Under the pieces are notes generated by a model. That model ran no database searches. It saw only the letters and a program-made list of their open reading frames with translations, and had not been told where the DNA came from. A program made the position numbers and the translations under genes. A stretch of 64,000 nucleotides of DNA from Octopus vulgaris (taxonomy: Eukaryota), in assembly GCA_951406725.2 (NCBI GenBank), contig OX597823.1, forward strand, positions 113,336,001 through 113,400,000. Direction: 5' to 3'. Within the stretch, counting starts at the first letter, position 1; each line of letters opens with the position of its first letter. Positions 38,108 to 52,592 of this stretch are shown here, piece by piece.

Positions 38108-38902
38108 GATATCTATCTATCTATTTCTCTCTCTCTATCTATCTATCTATCTCCGTCCTTCTGTCGGTCTCTGAAAGAACAGATCAACTCTCACAACTCT
38201 GATTTTCAGGTTAATGGGACACTAAAGACAACAGCAAAAGGTCAAGTCACTGTTTTCTGTCAGACTTTTGTGGAAAAATGCCACGTGCCTTCAGATGACA
38301 TTTATTTTCAGCGGGACTGCCTACCTTCTTGTGTGAGCTTGTGCTCTTAAAAAAGACCAATAATAACCACAGAGATAACTGTGGATAGTAAACCCGATGA
38401 AACTGCCAGGCTGATCAAATTCCTCTGAGAGTCCTCAAGTCCTCAAGGAAAGGATTTTGGAACTACTAAACATTCTTATTTGTATTTAATAATTATTACT
38501 TATTTGTGGTATATTCTCAAACTGTTGGATAATTATCTCTGATTTCTGCATATAATTATTCAGCATCTTTATTAAAGTACTGCAATCCGTAGTTTAAAGA
38601 TAAACTGTGTTACAAACAATGCATAAATATAGTGCATTTCATTTTTGAACCGAACCCTAAGAGACCTGACACTTTAAATTCTCTCACTCATGGAAAACTA
38701 CGTTGTGATTCTCCAGAATGTATATCTTATGTTTGTACAATGGACGTGCATATGACAGAGTTTGGTGCAAATGATGGTACACCGAACTGGAATACAGGGA
38801 AGTACGTAGGAAGCAGTCGGCTTCAATTTAAAGCTAAATTAATGAATTATTGATCAAGAACCCTTAACTGCTAAATACAGTGTTCAAGCATCCCTGAATA
38901 CA

Positions 38903-38970
38903 TCAGTATTTCAAGTATTACTTCAAGTATTACATCAGTATTACTTCAAGTATTACATCAGTATTACTTC
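38903..38970. repeat. Short tandem repeat (~23-bp unit catcagtattacttcaagtatta, ~3 copies)
   Basis: Directly visible. Confidence 0.8.
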
Positions 38971-40183
38971 GGTTCTTCAGCTCCAAATCTTCATAGATAA
39001 CGTAACTAAAATCTGTGAAAGTCTGCTGTGCCTCTATACTAGGGTCTCCATATTATCCGTACTATTTAGGCCCACAGAAGCAAACAAACTAACTGATTGC
39101 ACAGAGAATTCTCCGGTATGAAACGTTGGACAGGTAATATCTGAGATGTCTTCTTTTTCTAGCAGGAAGGAAAAAGAATATATTAAACCCGAAATATCAT
39201 TTCCGGCAATGCAAGCTGCCTATGAAATCAAACTGTGATACACTGGGCCTAAACATACAAGATGCTGGTGTGCAAAAAACAAGAGAAAAGGATAAGTGCT
39301 GTCGTGGATACACCAGGAGTGGAAAAAAATAGAAAACAAAATTGGTGATGATTGTTGGAAGGTTTATCCGTGATCAAGTCTAGATTTAAGCTACACATCA
39401 ACAATTATATCGATTTTAAATATGTTTTTATTAACTTTTTCTGAGGTGAAAAGTTTTAGATTTTGTAGTGCCTTTAAATTTTCTCTCATAAATAACTAGT
39501 TAAATTTTAATGACGTATCCAAATTTGTCCTTAATAACAAATATTTTGATCTTATCACTTGGGTTTTATATTATAAAAATTATTCATTTTCTACCAATCG
39601 TTTGAATTACCGTTTAAATACACTTTTATAGATGTCCGTTAATTCAATAATATTATGGATTTTGACTCAAAGAAAAATTTCTATTCATCTATTCATATTG
39701 GGTTTTTATTTCCATATTTATCATGGCACTGATAGAGTATTTGATATTGGCGATATTTCTCCTGAAAGATTTAATTTGTTATTAGTTTTAAGAATTAAGC
39801 ATTTGATCTGGTAGTTACTGTTACTGATGCCCAAGGCTAAATCAACACTGACTTTATTTGAAATTGTGTAACCCACTTTGCAGTATACAATCTTTCGTCT
39901 TATCTTTTTTCTTTTTAAAATGGCAAGGTGTTATTTGGGGGAAAATATGGCTCATATTTCTCGAAAGGTGGAGCAACGATGCAGAATGACTAATTATTTA
40001 AATTGTTGTTCCCGCTGCGAGTGTAAAATTAACCGATTTACAAATTATGACGAACAGCAACAGAATAATGCATCCGATATATGAAGTAAAGGCAGCAGAC
40101 GTATTTGCATACAATACTGTTTCTGCGATTGGCCGAATTAATACTTTGTCAAGCAAATTATATATACCCTTATACTTACACAG

Positions 40184-40504
40184 GTGGAGGCACATGGCCT
40201 AGTGGAAATATATGGCCTAGTGGTTAGAGCAGCGGGCTCGCGGTCGAGGGATCACGGGTTCGAATTTCAGACCGGGCGATATGTGTGTTTATGAGCGAAA
40301 CACCTAAGCTCCACGCGGCTCCAGCAGAAGGTAATGGCGAACTTCTACTGACTCTTTCGGCACAACTTTCTCTCACTCTTTCCTCCTGCATCTTGCATCT
40401 CACCAGCGATTGACCGGTGTCCGTCCACGTGGGGAACCTATACGCCAAGGAAACCGGGAAACCGGCCCTATGAGCCAGGCGTGGCTCGAGAAGTCACAAA
40501 CAGC
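40184..40504 (+). mobile_element. Full-length tRNA-derived SINE with 12-bp target-site duplication
   Basis: TSD atacttacacag at 40172-40183 and 40505-40516. A box tggcctagtgg is duplicated; B box gggttcgaat. Tail ggggaacctatacgccaaggaaaccgggaaaccggccctatgagcc. Confidence 0.9.
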
Positions 40505-41274
40505 ATACTTACACAGAGCCTCATATATATGCACTCATACATAAGTCAAGTGGCATAGTTAAAATAATGCTCAAAACGACGTGGGTTTTATTCTTCACCT
40601 GAAATACATTTGATTAGAGGTCGGTTAAGGTAGGCGTACATTTTGGTACCTGTGGAAGGGCGTTTAAACTTTTTAAACTTTCAAAGATTTTGGATATTTG
40701 AGATTATTTTTTTTGCTGGTATGGTTTACTTTAACATTATTCTAATCGAAACATCTTATTTACCATTAAAAAATAATATAAAACAAGCGTATCCCTGATA
40801 GCGTTTTCAAAACATTGCTTATGAATAATGCACTGAAAATTCTATACACAAAACACACAGTTTAATAATAAGGTCAAGTGAAGTAAAGAATAGATGTGGA
40901 CGCACTGATCACTGCTATCGGTTTATCTGCACACGGAAATTATGTTCGCGCTAGGTGTCATATGCATATATTTGAGCTCTAACACTCCGTCCGCCCACTT
41001 GTAGCGACAAAAGCGCATTTTGAGAATGCATGACAAACGAATTACTTTCTAATCAACTAGGCAGGAAGAAGGGGCCGTAAGTGTCCTGTGACTTATCCTA
41101 ATCCTCTCTGTCGGGTTTTAGTGTGAATATGCAATGCTTTCCGAGTGGCTAATTTAAATATTTGATAGAAAGAACAAAAGATGAGTAAAAATATACAAAT
41201 GTCTAATTTAGACAAGAATTTGAGAATCTCTAACGTCAATACCCTGTGTGTTTGTCTGTCCTTATGTCTCTTTA

Positions 41275-41309
<35 letters not shown>

Positions 41310-41374
41310 ATATATATATATATATATACACAATCATATACAAACGATACACATACACACGCACATACACACAC

Positions 41375-41419
<45 letters not shown>

Positions 41420-42064
41420 TGTATATATATACATTTAGATATACATACAGATGTATATATATATATATATATATATACATACATACATAATACACCAAGA
41501 TTTATATTTCACACACGCGCAACCTAATTACGCACTATTACTCCGCCCACATATATATGTAAGTGTATTTGAATTCTTGTGCGTAAGACTAGGTGTGGTG
41601 TGTGTGAGTAGGCTTTACCGTAATAGTGTATAATTAGGTTAGGGAAAGAGGCAATAGCTTCCACTGTATTAGCTGGAGATGTTACACTTGTGATTGACAA
41701 GACATCCTCAAATTGAGATTAAAACTCCCGTCTACAAACCCCATTTGATAGATGAGATATTTAATGAGTAATGTCCCTTTAAATCTCATGATATCGTAAT
41801 GTCTATTTGATATGCATAATAAACGTTTTATACTACTCTTCATTGTTGGTGTTTTTGTCGCAGTTTGCGTTACTATTGTTGCTGTCATTATTGTTGTTGT
41901 TTTATATCTAGGTCAACACCGATCCAGCGGAGATTTGGTCGATATTTCTCGAAGATTGAAACCCCGATCATATTTAACTCGATGGTATTATTTTTTTCCT
42001 TTTTCTATCAAGTTGAATATTACCAGAAGGAAATGACTACTGTTTGAAGCGGATGGAAACACCA

Positions 42065-42830
42065 AATACTTATTTCTTTATTGCCCATAAGGGGCTAAAC
42101 ATAGCGGGAACAAAGAAGGACAGACAAAGGGACTAATTCGATTACCCCGACCCCAATGCGTAACTGGTACTTATTTAATAGACCACGAAAGGATGAAAGC
42201 CAAAGTAGACCTCGACGGAATTTGAACTCAGAACGTAGCAGCAGATGAAATACTTATTTCTTTATTGCCCACAAGGGGCTAAAAACAGAGAGGACAAACA
42301 AGGACAAACAAAGGGACTAATTCGATTACAATGACTCCAGTGTGTAACTGGTACTTATTTAATCGATCCCGAAAGGATGAAAGGCCAAGTTGACCTCGGC
42401 GGAATTTGAACTCAGAACGTAGCAGCCGATGAAATACTTCTTTACTACCCACAAGGGGCTAAACACAGAGAGGACAAACAAGGACAGAATGTATGTATGC
42501 ATGTGTATGCATGTACGTGTTTGTGTACGTATGTGTGTATATATACATATACATAACCATATATAAATTGTATGAAGCTAAGCAAAACTGTTAAATAATA
42601 TATGTATTTCTTTATTGCCCACAAGGGGCTAAACATAGAGGGGACAAACAAGGACAGACAAACGGATTAAGTCGATTATATCGACCCCAGTGCGTAACTG
42701 GTACTTAATTTATCGACCCCGAAAGGATGAAAGGTAAAGTCGACATCGGCGGAATTTGAACTCAGAACGTAGCGGCAGACGAAATACCGATCAGCAATTC
42801 TCCTGGCGTGCTAACGTTTCTGCCAGCTCT
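42065..42830 (-). mobile_element. Tandem array of an octopus-type SINE (~183-bp unit; 3 full and 1 partial copies)
   Basis: Repeated tttctttattgcccacaaggggctaaa..actggtactta..gaaaggatgaaagg.aaagt.gacctcggcggaatttgaactcagaacgtagc. Only the last unit has the tRNA-like head (gctaacgtttctgccagctc). Confidence 0.88.
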
Positions 42831-43740
42831 CTTTATAGTGTCCTAATTCATACAGGTGTAGTTTCTTCTGTAACAGTCGTAGAACGTGATGAAATGTAGC
42901 AGTGCCTTACGGAGGAATGATCCTAGCAGTTTTGAGCATCAAGTTGATGCGATACGATACTTGGAAACAACTGAAGTATTTAATATTCGCCTATTTCTAT
43001 ACAGACATATTTAGTTATCTTACTTTGACGTGCATGAAAATTTCTTCCATTAGGCACTTCTTTAAGACATAAAATATCCACAGATATCGGTGACTATGTC
43101 CTGCTTTGCTGTCATAGTTGTTGTTATTCGTTTTCGCAAATATAACCATGCTGATTAACATTCTAGGTTATTATTATTACCAGTAGCGTTATAAACACAG
43201 TGCAGTCGTTGCTGAAGTGCTAACGTGTGGCCTGTCTTTAGAAAAGCCACGTGGCTGTTCTAATGTAATTATAACGAAAACGAAGGTCTTAGCTTGAACG
43301 ATTTGTCATGCCGAACATACTTTAATCTAATCACCTCGGGTAAAAAATCAAATTACGAAATCTATGCATGATCAGACGCTGTGTGTAATTCCCGAGTTTA
43401 ACTTCGTAATTACCTGCGTATAAATTCAATAGATTAATCACATGTAGATTGGTGTTTATACTTGAAACATGCGTCGAGTCTATCTTTGTGCTCATTTGAG
43501 CGTATATAATGTAGGTTTATATTTGCAAATATGTATGTATGTATGTGTGTGTGTCTGTGTGTGTGTGTGGTTATACGAATAAATAAATTATTTATGTTCA
43601 TTTTGCGCATATATTTTGTGTGTTTACAAACACACTAACGCACACGAACACACACATGGACACATGTATATGGGTGTATGTATATATCTATGTGTGTGTA
43701 AATGTGTATGCATGTATATATATATATGTATATATATATG

Positions 43741-43792
<52 letters not shown>

Positions 43793-44316
43793 TGCATATA
43801 TACGCATATGTATATATAAGCATATGCATACAAACATATATATATATATATATATATGCATATATATATATATATTTACATACACACATACACACACACA
43901 CACATATATATATGTACAGACGTACGCATACTCATAAATGCAAACACGCGCACAGGTGCAGCAGGTGATATGCATCTATGTAGAAGAAAACACGAGCATA
44001 TAATGATTCCTTCTCAACAACGTGATCTTGGGTTCAATATTAAAGCACGGTATTTTAGGATATTTAGTAGATATTAACCTACCGGATCTGAAAGTATTTA
44101 ATTATTTCGGTGGGAAATGCTGTGTTTTGTGGTGGGCAAAGTAATGATAAATCTATCATATCTCTACAAAATTTAATGGATGAGTCTACCAATACAAAAC
44201 GATTAGAGGAAAAGGTCCCCTGAACTACATGTAGTCTCAGTCATTTTGTTTCCCTTCTTCACTACATACAAGTATTTATACTCAGTTTTCTCTTTCGCCA
44301 TACATATACATATATG

Positions 44317-44389
<73 letters not shown>

Positions 44390-44480
44390 TAATAATAATA
44401 ATAATTATTATTATTATTTTATATATTTCTTAAATAAATATTGTTTAACTCTATTCGCTTATTTATTTAACTATTATCAT

Positions 44481-44584
44481 TAACCTGAAGATTGACTATA
44501 ATTTTAAATCGAATGTATTTCAATTGGATTTAAAATCAATTGTAATTCGAATTTAATTATAGCCATGAAACGTACGTAGTGTTT
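44481..44584 (+). ncRNA. Hammerhead ribozyme motif with ~75-nt extended stem II and palindromic minimal stem III
   Basis: CUGAAGA (44485) u ugacuauaauu...aauuauagcca u GAAAC GUAC GUA gug. Sits in an AT-rich element (~44390-44742) between (TG)n and (TA)n. Confidence 0.7.
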
Positions 44585-46970
44585 TTACTTATTATATTAT
44601 ATTTATCATTCCTGAAACAAATATTTATAGTATATATATTATATATTATATTAATTATATATATTATTTGTTATTTATGTATTGGTTTATGTCTATCAGT
44701 TTTTGAGTTGCATAATAGCGGTTTTATCTCTAATTCATATTATATATATATATATATATATAAGATACCGACATACGGAATTATGATATGATTTATATGG
44801 CTATCTTGTCTGGAAGTACCTGCAATGGGCGTAAAGATTAATTCTCTGCCGAGAGTTCTATTAGACTGACAATTAAGTGATCGATCCTTTAGAACAAAAT
44901 TATATGCTAGTAAAGTTGAAATTAGTATGTTATAGTTTAAAATAGTGTAAATATTTGGAATTCGTTACGTTGTATTAGATTACATGTAACCTTATAATTC
45001 CCAATATAGTAAGAGACAACATTGGAGGCAGTATGAATGACCTGAGGTAATATTTATGCCTACTTAATCGGGGAAGTTCTGTTATAAGGAAATTTTACTG
45101 CAGTAGTTACTATGAGAGTTTCTTTCATCCTTACTTTTAGTGTGAAATACCTCCTGGTATTAATAATTTCTCTGTTTCTAATAAATATTCTTTTAACAAG
45201 CTCACTGGCTGATAGCAACACAAGCGCATGTTCTGACACTGTTATTCTATATATAACTGGCAGACGATGAATCGCTGCTATCCCTTGCGGTCCAGCGTCC
45301 ATCATTGAAAAGACCAAGGAAGGTCGAAATCACGTGACCTTAAGAATAGAGGAATTCTTTGCCCTATTCTTCAGCAATTTCAATTCAGAATGCTGTTGAA
45401 ATCCAAAACTGATTGGACTGGCGATGGGCTGATTATGGCTTCATTGAGCCATTTCTGGGAAAGCACTCTAGTGTGTGTGATAGGTTTCACGGAAACTTTG
45501 CAGTTACTGTTTTATTTCCATTCTGTTTCGATTTTTATGAGAAGTGCATCTTTCTTTTATGGAGTGATCGTTGTAGAATCTCCAGAACATTGACATTACC
45601 TACATATTCGTATATACTTTTATGAATTCTTGTCCAAATGAGATATCATTATTTACCCTTTGTTTGCTACATGATAATTATGTTTGCGTTGTGCATCCAC
45701 TACTTCCTCACGGGTGTGAGATAAACATTTTGTTGGACCTTTCAACAAAGGCTACCATCTCTCGAAGCTATAATCGCGATTGCAAGCATTTAAACAGTTC
45801 TGCAATATAGCAAATATTAAGCGATTGTATAATGTTATCGCTTGGTTTACAGGGAGAGAATTACAACGCTATAGAATTAGTGGAGTAAATTGAGTTGGGA
45901 TTTTCAGTATCACATGTGTGCATCCATAAAAGACGAGAACGGTGGATTTCATTATAAAGAATATAAAATAAATGTAAATATTCTCTTTTCGTATTGTCTG
46001 TATCAGCGTTCGCAAGAAATAAGACAAAAGTGTGTACCTGACAAAAGAAAAAAAAAAGAAAAGAAAAGAGAGAAAGAAGTTTTGCAATATTGTGGGAACC
46101 GAGTATAGTGTGAAGAAGATTACGGTTATTATAAGGAAGAATAGCAGAAACTATGTAAATAGGTGTATATGTGATGTAATGAAAATGAGGTAGTAAAGGC
46201 TGTGTACGAATTTATTCACATATGCTTAAACAACCTCTCATATACATGCAAACATAGAGACACACAAATATACAGGCACAAAATATATACACACAAGTTC
46301 ACATAAAAATAAAAAAAAACAGACACACATAAGCCCATGCACATGCATACACACGCATAGATACGTACATACATGCATACATGTATGTATATAATATATG
46401 TATATATATATGTGTGTATATATATTCATATATATAAATAAATACATATATATATATATGTGTGTGTGTATGTATAAAGTTAATGTATCTCAGTATAAAG
46501 GTGCTACGTGCTACTAATAGTTCATCTTTCGAGACACGTGTGTAAACAGGTATTTATAACATGACTTATGTCTCCAGGCAATATTCGGGCTGTGACAACA
46601 TGGTCTATTTTATTTGAAATTCAGGGACACTAGTACACAAAAAATGACGAGAAAAAGATGATTTAAGCAAACATTGGAACCGTAAAGAAAAACAGAAAAG
46701 AAAAGAAAAGCAATTTATATTTATATCTCCGCTGAAAGAAAAAGCCATAACTAAACAAGTTCTTGTAGAATAAATAAACTAAAAATGGGCCAAAGCCCGC
46801 GACAAAGTTGTTCAGTCCGGAGAGGCTGAAACTTCCAGTTAATGAAAGAAATTTGTCTGTATACTGACATTTGGTGAAAATTTCGTATCTGGAATTAAGT
46901 AATGCGGTGGAAAGCTTACGTCATAGTTTATGTAAGAGTTTTTTTAAAATTCTAACTTAACAGCATAGTA

Positions 46971-47023
<53 letters not shown>

Positions 47024-47145
47024 TATATAGCCAAAAAGGAAAAAGGAAAACTTTCATCGTGACTGGGGGTACCGAAGCACCTATATTACATGAAACTCTT
47101 AACTATCTCTACAAAGCACACACACACACACTATCTATCTATCTA

Positions 47146-47190
<45 letters not shown>

Positions 47191-47349
47191 CATATATGTA
47201 TGTTTGTATGTATTGATCAGGCAGAGTATCACCTAAGAGTTCGCGATGTATTCTATCTATTTCAGATGTAGCCTTAGCGCTACACAGGTGAACAACTTGA
47301 AATAAGAACAAAATAACAACAAAAATATATTTAATGACCTCCTGTATGA

Positions 47350-47555
47350 CAGGGGGGGCAGCAATTTTAGGAGAGAAGATTGGTCGATTGATTACATCGA
47401 TCCCAGTCTTCAACTGGTACTTATTTTTTCGATCCCGAAAGGATTAAAAACAAAGTGGACCTCGCCAGAATTTGAACTCAAAACGGAGTAACGGGCGAAA
47501 TACTACAAAGCTTTTCGTCCATAGTGTTAATGACTCTACCAGTTTGCCGCCTTAT
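47350..47555 (-). mobile_element. SINE (family of 42065-42830)
   Basis: gtcgattgattacatcgatcccagt..aactggtacttatt..gatcccgaaagga..gacctcgccagaatttgaactca. Confidence 0.8.
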
Positions 47556-49118
47556 GTATCCAAAATAATACAATAAATATCAGCTTGTGTTATCTTCTTC
47601 GTGCTGTTTCTTTGCCGTTTAATTAGTGCACATTATACATATTAAATTCTTACGACATTTTAATTAACTTCCTAATATTGACAGTAATCTGTGATACGGA
47701 ACATAGGTGTATAGAATCGATTTAGTCAGTCAATTGATTGATGTATAGGAAATGATTTATTCAGTCCAAGATTCTGTTGATAATTGCCATTCATAGCAAT
47801 GGATAATATTATAATAGACAAGAGAGAAACAAACCCTTATTCACACAACGAGTTTTAAACTAGCTAATCTGTATTTGATATACACTGTAAAAACAATTCT
47901 TGTGTAGGATGAACAACGGGGTATTTATTTATGGTTGTTAATCCTTCTGCTGACGTTGGATTACTCCTAGGCTGGGATAATTTATTCCGAAATGTATATG
48001 AAAGCTTACACCAAGCTGGTTAGTATCCATACAGCATATTCCTTATAGTAGAATTAAATAAGGCGCGGATTAAGTATCTGTCAATTTATGGTATTAGGGA
48101 GGGAGAGATTCATACTGCAACTAGTGGGTATGGTATACAGTGATATACACATACACACATACATATACACAAATATACACATATACACATATACACATAC
48201 ATATACATATGTGTTTGATGTATCTTATTCCCACCGTTATTCGTTTTCAGTCACGTTCAATCCCTCTCCCCTTCTTTCACTCACTCCCTATCCTTCTCTC
48301 TCCATCCCTTTCACTCTCCCTCTATTTTTCTCTCTCCACACACACATACATATACATACACATCTACACATACAAGCTCGCACAAACACACGTTGTGCAT
48401 TTTTTAAGCCACTAGTAGCGTTATTATGTACACCATTCAATACATTAAGAAAATGACATATTAAGGGGAGGCAAACTTATCACACTGATCTAATGTACGA
48501 GTTGAAAGTATCTTTTATTGATATCACATAAATCATTCCCATTTCTCTTCACTGTATAGCAATTATTTCCTTATTTCAATAAAATTTATTCATTTCTAAA
48601 GATTACCGGCTTCACTCTGGTTTCAAGAATTGAGCTCTCTGAATTCTATGACTAAGCGTATTATTTTGACAAATGGGCAGAGAGATGTGAAAATGGCGCT
48701 AATTTTATACATTCTTCTAGATTAATATGACGAAGCGCTTGCGAAATCCATCTTGCATTTTTTTCTTGTTTTCTAAAGATGAATCTGGCATTGCAGATTT
48801 GTATGTACCCTGTGTAAATTATTATTTCCATGGTTGTTATGAGATGATGTAAATACCATTAATTATAAAAGAGTGACAAACATATACACAAACACAGGAT
48901 TACACATCTTTACAGATAGTAACCAGCACGAAATCACACTTATACTAAAAGTGTATTATCAGTTGAAAATCATATGTTGCGAATATGACACACATGAATA
49001 AGATTATATAAGGAATAAATTTAATATTATGCATTACGTTCTGTGCACAAAAATTTATGAAACAGCATAAGTGCATATGTGTGGATGTGAATATATATAG
49101 ATGTGAATATATATACAA

Positions 49119-49166
<48 letters not shown>

Positions 49167-49167
49167 T

Positions 49168-49198
<31 letters not shown>

Positions 49199-50079
49199 AT
49201 GTATGTATGTATGTATGTGTGTATGTATATACACAGATACGTAGCGTGTATTCATTTTATTTAAATGAAGCATAGAAAATGTAGGTAATCCAAAATCCTC
49301 TGATGCAGGTGGGAATATGACATGCTGTGAGGCTGGAAGTCACGATGCAGCACAAACGTAAGAAATGGTTTTTATGGCCTGCACACATATCATTTTCAAA
49401 AGGATAACGATAAAAGGAGATCCTTTCAGCTATTTTTGCAATCTTCTGCATTCTCACACAAGCTCAGTTGTCCGTCCTTTATCTTGCAACTAAAAAAATA
49501 TTGTGTGTGTTCGCGAGACAGACTTTGATGCGTGTGGACCTGTTTCTCACTAAAAAATTAGTTTTGACATTCACCAAGCTAGCACATATAACCCATAATG
49601 GTCAAACCAAAGCTGATGAATAAGCGGTCTTGTTTGATAGCGGGGATATTTTGCGTGTTTACCACAATAAAATATAGATACTTGCATAGTTATAGACGCA
49701 CGAAGAAGAATCTGTGGTTTAGCCCGTCCCATTCAATGACGCGATTACATTCCTTGTTGAAAATTTTGCCTCGTTATTCAGGGCGTCTTATTAATTATTA
49801 AAACTATGTGAAGTCAGGAAGTTCAGAGACACTTTTAGGAGATATAGTATTAAGTGTCGTTGTTCATTGCGATTTTAGTACATCATTAACATACATTTAA
49901 AAAAACTGACTTGTCTCTTGATATTCCAGATTGAACGTGACAGCTATAACAGCACTCTGAACACATCCTACTAAATACGTCTTGTCAGACCTGACTAGCT
50001 TGCAGAAAGTAGCACAGATGTTTGGAAGCTCGCTATGCAATAAAGTCTTGTGTTTATCCAGGCAAAAGTGGTACGGAAA

Positions 50080-50670
50080 TTTATAAAATGCCCCCGGTGG
50101 TAGGTTGGCTTTTTTGCTAGCACAAGAACGCCAAGGCCGATAAAGAGGCTTGGTTACACGGTGAGAGGGACATCAGAATATCAGCTTGCTTGAGAGAACT
50201 CGCAATTTTCTGGATGAAGACAATTGTTTGTCTTTAAAGACTAAACACGAATTTTTGGCACTTGTACGTGCAAAATGTGTGCAAAGTTTGTGCAAAGTGT
50301 CTCTGGACTTTCTGAATGCATCGTTTTAATAATTAATAAGACGCTCTAAATGACGAGGCAGACATTTCAACGAGGAATGTAATCACGTCTTGAATGGGAC
50401 GGTAAAGCATCGTGCGTCTCTATCTATGCAAGTATCTATCTCAGGTGGGCTTCAAAATTGTACCTCACGTTCCCTACAGTCTTAACCACGCTCCCTGTGA
50501 TTTTGGAGTTTCTACAAGCTAACAGGGAACCTGTGAGGCAACCGTTTCTAATATAAAGGCAGCTGGGACAAAGGTCTTGAACACTTCCAATTTGGAGTAC
50601 GTGCATGTGTTGTTCACTGGAACGCTAGAGCGCTACGATATGTGCACTGAAAAGAGACTATCTTTCTTTG
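50080..50670 (+). pseudogene. Degraded mariner transposase remnant
   Basis: ~50450-50510 encodes FKIVPHVPYSLNHAPCDF (HPPYSPDLAPCDF motif). Downstream cactggaacgctagagcgctacgatatgtgc resembles the terminal WxxRxxKC segment. Boundaries approximate. Confidence 0.6.
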
Positions 50671-51080
50671 GATGGAGATTAGAATTTTCTGATTCTTTGA
50701 AATTAACAAATATCTCTCCTGAGAAGTCTGAGAACTCCTGGTATGCAACTTGAGACAGAAAATTCTCAGAGCTACAAATGGCTGATATTTCAGTGTGGTG
50801 GAGAAGATGCCACACAAATGCCGCATTTCTGTAGCTTCAGGTTCATAAAAGGTTTAACATAAGATTAACATAAAAGGTTTAACATAGTAAGTAGAAACAA
50901 CTTCAAGACATAAGGCACGTTTTTGCTTATTTTATTGTATCTTTACCTCGATTTATAATTCTTAGTCTATTTGTTAACTGACGATGTGGAGCTCCTAGTT
51001 CATCAAACACATTTTACAGACTAAATATAAATATGTACATGGAAATACATAAATACATACATACATACATATATATATAT

Positions 51081-51283
51081 GTGCAAAATAATATGTGACT
51101 ATTATTCAATAGCCAAGATAAAACTCTGAGTTTCGGATACCGAGGTGGAAATCCACAACCCCATCTGAAAAACGCTATAGCGTTTTATCTTGGCTATTGA
51201 ATAATTGGCTTTTTGCAGATAAATTTCCTCTATTTAGACAATATTGAGGTCTCTTTCTTTTGTTGTCTTACTGTTTTTACCAA
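51081..51283. mobile_element. (TA)n-flanked fold-back element with HHR-like motif on the minus strand (51118-51170)
   Basis: Arms ttattcaatagccaagataaaac / gttttatcttggctattgaataa. Minus strand reads CAGAUGG gguuguggauuuccaccucgguaucc GAA ACUC a GAGU U. Confidence 0.6.
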
Positions 51284-51510
51284 TATATATATATATATAT
51301 ACATATATAGTCAATGTTTGTTCATATGTTCGGGTATATTAAAGCAATTTTGCATTAATCTGATGGGTTTTTGAATACTTTGCAGAATACAAATCTTGAA
51401 CAAGAATGTGGTTGATTGTGATTTCGTAGAGTTTGGAAAGTAAATCATCGACGATGGCTTCACTAGACTAAACTTCGAAGTCACTCTCAGCAACGGTCTT
51501 ATTTAAGAAT

Positions 51511-51556
<46 letters not shown>

Positions 51557-52445
51557 GACACACAGACAGACACACACACATACACAGACACGCACACACA
51601 CACACACACACACAAAGAAATACACACAATCGTATAAATATATACATACATGTAATTAAATGTATGAGTATCACGCATACACACATGAATATATATATAT
51701 GAATAATGCATATGTGTGTGTGTGCATCTGTGTTGGTGTGTGTGTGGAAGTATGTGTTTAAGTCTGTATTATGTTTGTGTGTACATAACAAGATTCGCTG
51801 CACACAAAATTAATGACACAACCTTGAAATGAGCCAATCACAAATAGTAAGATCAGATGAATAAAAAAAAGAAACAAGAAAACTCATACAAAAAGAAATA
51901 TGGGAATGAGAATTGCAAGCAAATGTATTAACACAGTAATTGTTTGTGACAATTTACGAGATACAGTGATATCTAAAACTTGCTTATCCTTCAATAAAAA
52001 GCTTCAAAAGTTCCTTCGTTTTGCTCATGAATCAAAGAATTTCTTGAATTACACTGTCGTTTTAATGTATTCTTTCATACTTTCATACAGAAATGTAATT
52101 ATAATTATTTGATTATCTTAAATTCCTTCCACATCACAATAAGGTGTTCGCTTAAATTCGAGTGACATGCAATATTTCTAACAGGTATGGGTTTCCATAT
52201 GTTCACACACAAACACATACTACATGCAAGAACAGAGAGAGAGAGAGGGGAGAGAGAGTGAGAGAGAGAGAGAAGCACACTCACATAAGACACAAGCGAG
52301 TATATACTATCCCTATTACCATTCATATATAGACATTGGCACGCATGAAAATATATACACATTATATATATATATATGTATATATACACATACACACACA
52401 TATATATATATACATATATATATATACGTATAAATATATATATAC

Positions 52446-52494
<49 letters not shown>

Positions 52495-52542
52495 CAATCA
52501 TATGTACATCCATAATATATGCATACATATACATATATGTAC

Positions 52543-52592
<50 letters not shown>

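Noticed and set aside
42065-42830. CRISPR-like or regularly spaced array (also 55645-56290 and 57590-57920)
   Set aside because: Units are contiguous tandem repeats without unique spacers, in eukaryotic DNA with no cas genes.
46520-46580. Minus-strand CUG-gagaca...ugucuc-GAAA as another hammerhead
   Set aside because: Core lacks ANGA and there is no clear stem I or III.
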